A stretch of DNA of 64,000 nt, from positions 19,189-83,188 of the forward strand of contig DARO01000006.1 of NCBI GenBank assembly GCA_002504405.1. Direction: 5' to 3'. Position 1 is the stretch's first letter. Each line of letters opens with the position of its first letter. The stretch comes from Methanomassiliicoccaceae archaeon UBA71. Lineage in GTDB: Archaea; Thermoplasmatota; Thermoplasmata; Methanomassiliicoccales; Methanomethylophilaceae. Under the pieces are notes generated by a model, which did no database searches, had not been told where the DNA came from, and saw nothing but the letters and a program-made list of their open reading frames with translations. Of this stretch, positions 57,420 to 64,000 are shown piece by piece. Made by a program: the position numbers and the translations under genes.

Positions 57420-58993
57420 TGGCCATGAATGAGAACAGGAGGCTGATGTCGGCGCTCGCCCTATTCGCCGTGACGGCGATGGTGCTGTTGTCCTGCGTGT
57501 CGCTTGCATCCGAGGAGTCGGACGCCGTCGCGGGCACCTTCACCGGCGGGACCAACGTCAGCTCCCCGACGAACCCCTACACGGAGATCAACTGCGACAT
57601 CTCCGACCTCGAGGTCAGCTTCGCCTTCGACACATGGGAGGTGTACTACGTCGAGCTCGGCTCGTACCTGAAGGTCACCGGATTCGGCCCGGACTACGGT
57701 CGCGACTACGACACAGGCCATCTGGTCCTGACCATGGTCGACGGCATCTGGACCGGCGACGAGATCCGCGCGTACTTCTACGACACGGGAAGGGCCACGC
57801 TCCAGACCGCCGAGGACTACTTCGTGATCTTCGAGGTGGTCTGCACCAACGACACCAAGGTACAGTCCATCACGGTCACCGGGGCGTCCTCCGGGACGTA
57901 CACCACCGGGTACCGCCCCGACGGCCCCAACTACGAGAAGGACCTGATGATCTACACCACCCCCAGGTACAGCGCGGACCCCGCCCCGACCACTTCGGTG
58001 AGGATCACGCAGACCTCCGGGTTCGACGTGGCGGACCTCAGGCACGGGATCTCGGCCTCCGGGCTGGTCCCCTACCTGCACTTCACCCCCATAGGCATCG
58101 GGACGGCGACGTTCCTGATCGAGGCCACCGACGGCGGTGGGGCGTCCACGACGCTCACCGTGGTCGTCAACGAGTACGTGACCGGGACCCTGACGTTCAA
58201 CGCCAACGGGGGCTCGGGGGCGCCTGCGGACATGGAGGACGAGTCCTACACGGGCAAGTTCTACTACGAGATCCCCCAGCAGGAGCCCGTCCGTTCCGGA
58301 TACGGGTTCCTGGGATGGGCGGAGAGCAGGTACGCGACGGAGCCGGAGTACTTCTACGACGGCCAGAACGACCTGGGATGGAGGTACTCCACGTCCTCCG
58401 CTGCGTCCACCCTGTACGCGGTGTGGGAGCAGACGGTTCAGACGTACACCGCATCCCTGGTGTACGACGCGAACGGAGGGTCCGGGGCCCCCGCGAGCCA
58501 GACCTCCTCCATTACGGGGACGTCCCCGTCGGGGTCCAAGTCGTTCATCGTGACGGACGACGTCCTCGTGCGCGACGGATGCGTCTGTGTCGGATGGGCG
58601 CTGTCCTCCGGTGCGGCGACCGCCCAGTACCACGCCGGCGATTCGGTGTCGGTGTCCTACGGGTCCTCCCTCACACTCTACGCGGTGTGGGAGCAGGCCT
58701 CGATCACCATGACCGGCTCCCCCAACGGGTTCGGGGTCGTGGGGACCTCCTGGAGCTACGCCCCGACCCTGAGCGTCGACGGGTGCACGCTCAGCGTGAG
58801 CGGCGCATCCTGGATGGTGGTCTCCGGAGACACCGTCGTGGGCACGCCCACATCCGCAGGGACCTTCGAGATAACCGTGACGGCGCAGAAGGCGGGATAC
58901 CAGTCCGCGACCCAGACGTTCACCGTCAAGGTCCTCTCCAACCTGTCCTTCCGGTCCTCTCCCGAGGGAGGTGCGATAATCTATGCAGTCTAA
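57419..58993 (+). CDS. Secreted protein with two InlB B-repeats and Ig-like domains
   Basis: Signal peptide SEESDA; two xANGGSGAP...GW...TLYAVWE units. Ends LSFRSSPEGGAIIYAV with no TM. Confidence 0.85.
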   Translation: MAMNENRRLMSALALFAVTAMVLLSCVSLASEESDAVAGTFTGGTNVSSPTNPYTEINCDISDLEVSFAFDTWEVYYVELGSYLKVTGFGPDYGRDYDTGHLVLTMVDGIWTGDEIRAYFYDTGRATLQTAEDYFVIFEVVCTNDTKVQSITVTGASSGTYTTGYRPDGPNYEKDLMIYTTPRYSADPAPTTSVRITQTSGFDVADLRHGISASGLVPYLHFTPIGIGTATFLIEATDGGGASTTLTVVVNEYVTGTLTFNANGGSGAPADMEDESYTGKFYYEIPQQEPVRSGYGFLGWAESRYATEPEYFYDGQNDLGWRYSTSSAASTLYAVWEQTVQTYTASLVYDANGGSGAPASQTSSITGTSPSGSKSFIVTDDVLVRDGCVCVGWALSSGAATAQYHAGDSVSVSYGSSLTLYAVWEQASITMTGSPNGFGVVGTSWSYAPTLSVDGCTLSVSGASWMVVSGDTVVGTPTSAGTFEITVTAQKAGYQSATQTFTVKVLSNLSFRSSPEGGAIIYAV

Positions 58994-59936
58994 GAATATC
59001 ATCATGGCAGCGACGGCCCTGGCCGTCATCTCCCTCGTCCTGTCGGCGATCCCGCTCGACCCCGCTTCGGCGGAGGATCAGGACTACGACGTGGACTACG
59101 GGAGCTTCTACAGCTACACGCTGCAGTTCGTGTTCGACGGGAGCAACGCCGAGACCATCGAGTGGGACTTCGGCGACGGCTCCCCGGTGTCGACGGAGTG
59201 GAACCCCTCCCACACCTATTCCGAGGAGGGTGTCTACTACGTGACGCAGACAACAACCAACTCCTACAACGGGGGCTCCACCACGGTGGAAGTCTACAGG
59301 GCGGCGGTGATGGGATTCCCCGTCATCACCTTCGACTCCATGGGCGGGCCCCAGGTCCAGGAGATACGGCAGAGTGCCTACGGCGTCCCCGCAACCAAGC
59401 CGGCGGACCCCGTCAGGTCCGGGTACGGGTTCGGGGGATGGTTCACGTCCTCGGAGCTCACGGATGAGTACGACTGGTCCTCCGATGTGAAGAGGTCGTT
59501 CACCCTGTACGCGAAGTGGATCCCCACGGGCCCCGTGGTCCCGGGGACTTTCGAGATCGCCTTCGACGTCAACGGCGGCTCCGTGGACGTCCCGACCGTT
59601 TCCGCGGATTCGGGATCGTCCATTGTCCTGCCGTCCTACGGCGGCACGAAGGACGGGTACGGGTTCGCCGGATGGCTAATCGGGGATATGATCCTCCAGC
59701 CCGGGGACTCCGTCACCGTCACCGGTGATATGAAGGTCACCGCGGTATGGGAGGAGTCCCCCGGAGGCGATGATGGACCCGACGGGCCGGAGGGTCCCGG
59801 GGACGGCGCCGACGACGCGCCCGCAGACGGATCGGACGGGATCCTCGAGGCGCTGATCCTACTCGGGATCGTCATCGTGGCGATCGTCCTGGCCGCGTAC
59901 GCGTACCACGTCCGCGACGGCGGAGAGAGGCGCTGA
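58983..59936 (+). CDS. Membrane-anchored PKD + two InlB B-repeat protein
   Basis: WDFGDG...PSHTYSEEGVYYV (PKD); two GYxFxGW B-repeats; C-terminal TM. Confidence 0.88.
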   Translation: MQSKNIIMAATALAVISLVLSAIPLDPASAEDQDYDVDYGSFYSYTLQFVFDGSNAETIEWDFGDGSPVSTEWNPSHTYSEEGVYYVTQTTTNSYNGGSTTVEVYRAAVMGFPVITFDSMGGPQVQEIRQSAYGVPATKPADPVRSGYGFGGWFTSSELTDEYDWSSDVKRSFTLYAKWIPTGPVVPGTFEIAFDVNGGSVDVPTVSADSGSSIVLPSYGGTKDGYGFAGWLIGDMILQPGDSVTVTGDMKVTAVWEESPGGDDGPDGPEGPGDGADDAPADGSDGILEALILLGIVIVAIVLAAYAYHVRDGGERR

Positions 59937-59937
59937 G

Positions 59938-60405
59938 ATGTCCGCCTGGAGCAGCATCGCGAAGGCCCTCTCCAAGCTCGTCAGGGGAGGCGGGGGCAAG
60001 GTCGCGGCATCCGGGGCGGCCGAGGCGGCCCAGGCGGGAACCAAGGTGATCCTGACCTGGGGCAACGCCTTCAAGGTCGCCGTGGTCGGGTGCTTCTCCT
60101 ACCTCTTCCTCACCGGGGGGCTGTCCAACGTGGTGTCCACCACGCTGGGCATCCCCGAGGAGGTGGCCCAGGTGATCGTCATCGTGGTGTTCGTGTTCCT
60201 GCTGGCACTGGCCGTCCGCTACCTCGTGAACTACGCCCGCGACAGGATGGACCTGAAGCAGGAGTACCTGGACACTCCTATCCTCACGAGGCGCTCCGGG
60301 CAGGACTACGGAAACCAGAGGTCCGGTCAGCAGTACTTCGGGCCCAGACAGGGATGCTACGACCGCAGATACTACGACGGCTCCGACTGGAGGAGATACA
60401 GATGA
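59938..60405 (+). CDS. Two-TM protein with an R/Y/G-rich C-terminal tail (candidate virion matrix/coat protein)
   Basis: Amphipathic N-terminus, two hydrophobic helices and a basic aromatic tail. Confidence 0.75.
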   Translation: MSAWSSIAKALSKLVRGGGGKVAASGAAEAAQAGTKVILTWGNAFKVAVVGCFSYLFLTGGLSNVVSTTLGIPEEVAQVIVIVVFVFLLALAVRYLVNYARDRMDLKQEYLDTPILTRRSGQDYGNQRSGQQYFGPRQGCYDRRYYDGSDWRRYR

Positions 60406-60677
60406 TGTGGATACCTCTGATGTCGGGGATCATCAACGCGGTGTTCATCCTGGATCTCATCGTGACGCTCTCCACGGGCGACGACCTGGCCCACCTCCTG
60501 CTGGACGCATCGGGGAACACGGTGGCCTCCGCGATAACGGAGAACATCCCCACCGACCCGGCGGTGTTCTGGCTGCTGTCCGGGTTCATCCTGGTGTTCG
60601 TGTGCGCCATCGAGTGCCTGCTGATCTACATCGCGTTCTACTCGGACATCTCCAAGTGCAGGGGGGCGATGGGATGA
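60402..60677 (+). CDS. 91-aa two-TM membrane protein
   Basis: MMWIPLMSGIINAVFILDLIV...FWLLSGFILVFVCAIECLLIYIAFY. ATGA overlap. Confidence 0.7.
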   Translation: MMWIPLMSGIINAVFILDLIVTLSTGDDLAHLLLDASGNTVASAITENIPTDPAVFWLLSGFILVFVCAIECLLIYIAFYSDISKCRGAMG

Positions 60678-60859
60678 ACGTCCCCAGGATAACCGTCGGG
60701 CTGCTGCTCTTCGTGGGCTCCGCGTGGCTGGTGCCCCTCATATCCGGGATGCTGGACATGGACGAGGCCCTGGTGTTCTCCACCGTAGGCAGCGTCATGG
60801 CGTTCGCCGGAGGAATGATCCTCTACTCGGGGGTGAGGAAATGTCCGCGCTGGTACTGA
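60674..60859 (+). CDS. 61-aa two-TM membrane protein
   Basis: MNVPRITVGLLLFVGSAWLVPLI...VMAFAGGMILY. ATGA overlap. Confidence 0.7.
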   Translation: MNVPRITVGLLLFVGSAWLVPLISGMLDMDEALVFSTVGSVMAFAGGMILYSGVRKCPRWY

Positions 60860-60951
60860 TCCTCTGCCTGATAGGGGCCTTCATCGGGTTCAGATGGAGC
60901 TTCTCCAGGTGCCTCCTGAAGGCGCAGACGCAGGTGAGCGATGTACTCTGA
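60841..60951 (+). CDS. 36-aa single-TM peptide
   Basis: MSALVLILCLIGAFIGFRWSFSRCLLKAQTQVSDVL. GGTGAGG ribosome-binding site; overlaps both neighbours. Confidence 0.5.
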   Translation: MSALVLILCLIGAFIGFRWSFSRCLLKAQTQVSDVL

Positions 60952-61762
60952 CACCGACCAGCCGAAGGGGTTCGACCCGACGGCGGACACCGTGCAGGAG
61001 CCCCGGCGGGACGCCGTCCCCGAGCAGGCCTACGCCGACATGCCGGGGGAGTCCCCGTGGAGGAAGGTGGCTGCTATTGCGGCGACCGCATCAGCCGGGT
61101 TCTTCGGAGTGTACGTGGCATGGAGGATCCTCGGAACCGACGCCATCGTCCAGGCCCTGCAGGAGTACTGGCCGGTCCTCCTGTCGCCGATAGCGGGCGC
61201 CCTGCTGGCCAGGTCCGTGGTCAGGTCCCTGTACCACCCCTCCGGCAGGGTTCTCATCCATCTGGATGTGGAGAACCATCTCCTGAGGGCGGTGTTCGTC
61301 CCCGACGACATGTTCCGCTACATCCAGCAGACGGGGAACAACGTGGTGTACCACACCGTGTCCGGCATCCCCGTCTACCTCGTGGAGGGGATGGACCTCG
61401 AACGCGGCATGGTGGACTACGGCTGGGTCCACACGGAGAACGCCCTCGTGGTGATGACCCGTGAGGACGCCTACCGCAAGTGGTACTCCACGCTCAACCT
61501 GGTGATGGAGGAGAACCTCGAACTGATGGTGCACCCGAAGGTAATCGGCCTGGGTTATGCCAGGTCCTCCCTTAGGAAGCACCTCGACAGGATCTCCTCC
61601 GCCCTCGGGCTGATCGAGGCCGACTACGAACCACACGACTCCGACGAGTCGGTCCCGGAGGACTACCTGGACCTCACCGTGAGCCCGAGGGATCCCGACG
61701 GCGGCCGTCCCCGCAAGGGCATGAGCCGGCGTCATGGAGGTGATTCGGATGGGCGCCAGTAA
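60941..61762 (+). CDS. Membrane protein preceding the ATPase
   Basis: Two N-terminal TM helices and a soluble C-terminal domain. GGTGA ribosome-binding site. Confidence 0.78.
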   Translation: MYSDTDQPKGFDPTADTVQEPRRDAVPEQAYADMPGESPWRKVAAIAATASAGFFGVYVAWRILGTDAIVQALQEYWPVLLSPIAGALLARSVVRSLYHPSGRVLIHLDVENHLLRAVFVPDDMFRYIQQTGNNVVYHTVSGIPVYLVEGMDLERGMVDYGWVHTENALVVMTREDAYRKWYSTLNLVMEENLELMVHPKVIGLGYARSSLRKHLDRISSALGLIEADYEPHDSDESVPEDYLDLTVSPRDPDGGRPRKGMSRRHGGDSDGRQ

Positions 61763-62369
61763 GGCCGTCGACTACATCTCGGGGATGGAGCACGGTGTCA
61801 TCATCGCCGTGGGCAGCGGGAAGCAGGGCAAGTCCTGCTCCCTCCACTCCCTGATAGACCTGTGCTGGCACACCCGTCCGGTGTACCTGCTTGATCCGAT
61901 GGAGTACGACGTATCCATGTTCCCCGGGTACCGCAGGGTCTCCGACCCCAACGACATCCCCGTGGGATCCGTGGCCGTCATAGAGGACGTGAACAGGGTG
62001 TTCCACTCCCGCGGATCGGGGAAGGATGCGACGCTCCAGCGCTGGCTGGGGATCATCTCCCACAAGTCCACCGTGGTGTGCATCACGACCCAATCGATGG
62101 CGGGAACAGACATTGAGTTCGTGAGGTCCCAGGACGCGGTGGTCATGTGCAAGAGGATGCACGACGAGGACCTGGCGTTCGAGAGGCCGGAGTTCAGGAC
62201 CAACCAGGTCCTGGCCAACATCTGGATCGGGGAGTCGATAAGGCGGCATCCGGAACTCGAGCCGAGGAGCTGGTGCTTCTTCCCCCGTTTCAACGAATCC
62301 GTCGCGATACCGAAGGTCTGGTGGTGGTCCTACAGGAACAGCCACATGCTCAGGGACGTGAGACTGTGA
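61749..62369 (+). CDS. Small FtsK/HerA-superfamily P-loop ATPase (A32/Zot-like packaging or extrusion ATPase)
   Basis: Walker A GSGKQGKS, Walker B AVIEDVN, and ISHKSTVVCITTQ...DIEFVR matching the xRH-hhh-TQ...D..hR pattern. Confidence 0.8.
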   Translation: MGASKAVDYISGMEHGVIIAVGSGKQGKSCSLHSLIDLCWHTRPVYLLDPMEYDVSMFPGYRRVSDPNDIPVGSVAVIEDVNRVFHSRGSGKDATLQRWLGIISHKSTVVCITTQSMAGTDIEFVRSQDAVVMCKRMHDEDLAFERPEFRTNQVLANIWIGESIRRHPELEPRSWCFFPRFNESVAIPKVWWWSYRNSHMLRDVRL

Positions 62370-62698
62370 GCTTCAACGTCACCACCGATCCAGAGACCGA
62401 CAGGATGCTCTCTTTGAGAGCCTCATCGAAAGTCCCCCTCCCAAGGGAGATCGCCCTCTGCGACCCCAGGGACGCGAGGGAGTACTTCTCCTGGATGGCC
62501 GTGTACGAGGCCTTCGGCCTTTCCGAACACCCGCTAGTGCAGCTCCTCGGCAAGAGGAGGCTCGACGCCGCGATGGCATCCGCCGTCAGCCGCGCGGAGC
62601 ATCTCGACCGCGTCGCCCACTACGGCGCGTGGCTGGGCAACGAGGGAGTGCGGATCGTCGACCTGGTCACCCCGACCCGGGACGACCCGAAGGGATGA
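62366..62698 (+). CDS. Hypothetical protein (110 aa)
   Basis: GTG start overlapping the ATPase stop; host-like codon usage. Confidence 0.6.
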   Translation: MSFNVTTDPETDRMLSLRASSKVPLPREIALCDPRDAREYFSWMAVYEAFGLSEHPLVQLLGKRRLDAAMASAVSRAEHLDRVAHYGAWLGNEGVRIVDLVTPTRDDPKG

Positions 62699-62884
62699 CG
62701 GTGCCGTCCCGGGCATCCCCCGCGCCGTCCCCGGCGCACCCTCCCGTCGACCCGCACCCCCATCCCACCGCCCCTGTCCCTCGCGACGCCTAGGACGCGT
62801 AGCGTCCGACGGCGGAGCCCAAACAGGCCGAGCGGGCGCGCCCGGCGCATGCCCAGCGCCCGCCGGCCGCCTTCCCGGGGCGGC
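62697..62884. other. Very GC-rich multi-hairpin non-coding region, candidate replication origin
   Basis: Stems at 62697-62708, 62722-62737, 62793-62807, 62832-62863 and 62866-62884, directly upstream of Rep. Confidence 0.5.
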
Positions 62885-62910
62885 ACCGCCGCCCCATCAT
62901 CGGAGATAAC

Positions 62911-64000
62911 ATGCAGATCGAAGACTACGACATCAGACTCGAGGAGATTCGCCTCCGCTCCCTCCAGAGGGAACTGGAGATGCAGGAGCGCCAGGGCCTC
63001 GCCGTCCAGGCGGCCCTAGCGGAGCATTCCGTCACATCCTACGTGAGGAACCTGCCGGTGGAGGACGCATCGTATCCTGCCATAGAGTACCTTAGATTTC
63101 ATCCGCAGGATGACGTCGGGGACGAGGTTCAAGAGGGAGTTCAGGAAAGGCTCCCCGAGACCATCGGGCAGGAAGGTCCCGGGCCCTACCGCCAGTACAT
63201 CGCATGGTGCATGCCCGCCCACGACCTCACCCGTCCCGACAGGAAGGGATGCGGCTTCATCCGCTCCCCCATGGGAGGCATCGTCTACTCCGCATGCCCC
63301 GACGATCCCGAGCATCACTGCAAGGGCAAGTGCAGGCACTGCTGGTCCCTCAGATGTCCGAAGTGCATGAACGACACAGCCCTCAAACGCGGGGTCCAGA
63401 TCGAGAGGCAGCTCCTTTCCTACAAGGTGCTCAGCGAGAAGAAGGGCATCTCTGTAGGAGACATCGGCCACTGGGTCGTCTCCCCACCCCAGGACCTCGT
63501 CAAGGGGCTCTGTCAGACCAAGCCGGAGTTCGACGACCTCTGCAGGCATGTCGACGACTCCATGGCAGCCTACGGCGCATCTGCAGGCGTCACCATCTTC
63601 CATCCCTGGCGCCAGAAGGAGGACTCGTGGGAGTTCTCACCGCACTTCCATATCCTGTGCTACGGACGCATAGACACCACGGCGTTCAGGAAGGCCAACC
63701 CCGGATGGCTCATCAAGAAGGTCCACGCCCGCGAGAGGATCAGGAGCATCAGGCACACCGCAGCGTATCTGACAACGCACATGGGCCTCGGGATGGCCGA
63801 GAGGGATCCAGACGACATCGACTGGGACCTGAAGGTCCTGGACATGCTGGTCCCCGGACTGCTCTCTCCGGGTGCATCCTACACCGAGAGGGACTACAAC
63901 GAGATGGGCGAGGGGAAGGGCAGGATGCTCGGAGACCTCTCGGGAGTCGACTGGGAGCAGTGGACCATGAAGTCGCTTTCCGTCGAGTTCAAGATCAGGT
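62911..64000 (+). CDS. HUH-superfamily rolling-circle replication initiator (3' end beyond the window; absent from ORF track)
   Basis: Manual translation is open from ATG 62911 to the window end. It has a Cys cluster CRHCWSLRCPKC, motif I HWVVSPP, HPWR, motif II PHFHIL and motif III AAYLTTH. Confidence 0.88.
   Translation, partial: MQIEDYDIRLEEIRLRSLQRELEMQERQGLAVQAALAEHSVTSYVRNLPVEDASYPAIEYLRFHPQDDVGDEVQEGVQERLPETIGQEGPGPYRQYIAWCMPAHDLTRPDRKGCGFIRSPMGGIVYSACPDDPEHHCKGKCRHCWSLRCPKCMNDTALKRGVQIERQLLSYKVLSEKKGISVGDIGHWVVSPPQDLVKGLCQTKPEFDDLCRHVDDSMAAYGASAGVTIFHPWRQKEDSWEFSPHFHILCYGRIDTTAFRKANPGWLIKKVHARERIRSIRHTAAYLTTHMGLGMAERDPDDIDWDLKVLDMLVPGLLSPGASYTERDYNEMGEGKGRMLGDLSGVDWEQWTMKSLSVEFKIR

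Larger units (their letters stand above)
51446..64000 (+). mobile_element. Integrated rolling-circle virus-like element (provirus), right end beyond the window
   Basis: About 15 co-oriented overlapping genes with no housekeeping functions, an HUH Rep, a packaging/extrusion-type ATPase, small TM proteins and adhesins; flanked by an integrase remnant. Confidence 0.8.

Noticed and set aside
53279-62369. Element as a conjugative ICE or type IV pilus locus
   Set aside because: No VirB4/VirD4-sized ATPase, relaxase-coupling pair, class III prepilin signal or TadC-like protein recognised within the window. Genes beyond 64000 could change this.
1-64000. CRISPR array, cas genes, rRNA genes, reverse transcriptase/DGR
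   Set aside because: No regularly spaced direct repeats, rRNA-like sequence or RT/Cas motifs seen by eye.

Overview
This is GC-rich archaeal DNA, most likely from a gut- or rumen-type Methanomassiliicoccales methanogen. That assignment is inferred from proteasome beta, aCPSF1, SRP54 and TrmY genes, GGTGA-type ribosome-binding sites, a MtaA-like protein, and adhesins with 'SDA' signal peptides. Positions 1-39 kb are mostly housekeeping: a split, convergent trp operon (trpDCF versus trpBA), psmB-aCPSF1, rubrerythrin, hmgA, pheT, bcp, etfAB with an FAD oxidoreductase, coaD/yjjX, trmY, srp54, purB, MFS/ABC/SstT transporters, a MenA-like prenyltransferase and a radical SAM enzyme. Positions ~39.3-51.4 kb are a composite accessory island: an ankyrin/TPR cluster with a broken first gene, two divergent paralogues of an unknown family, a Schlafen/AlbA_2 protein, a 1449-aa compositionally chimeric adhesin and a tyrosine-integrase remnant. 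From ~51.45 kb to past the window end lies the most notable feature, a co-oriented, tightly overlapping virus-like integrated element. It carries a tRNA-3'-like att relic, four Ig/PKD/InlB-B-repeat surface proteins, several tiny membrane proteins, an FtsK/HerA-type (A32/Zot-like) ATPase, a hairpin-dense candidate origin and an HUH rolling-circle Rep that the ORF track missed. It resembles inoviruses and pleolipoviruses in logic but fits neither cleanly. No CRISPR array, rRNA or intact tRNA was seen. GC statements are by-eye estimates and family assignments come from motif recognition, not database searches.
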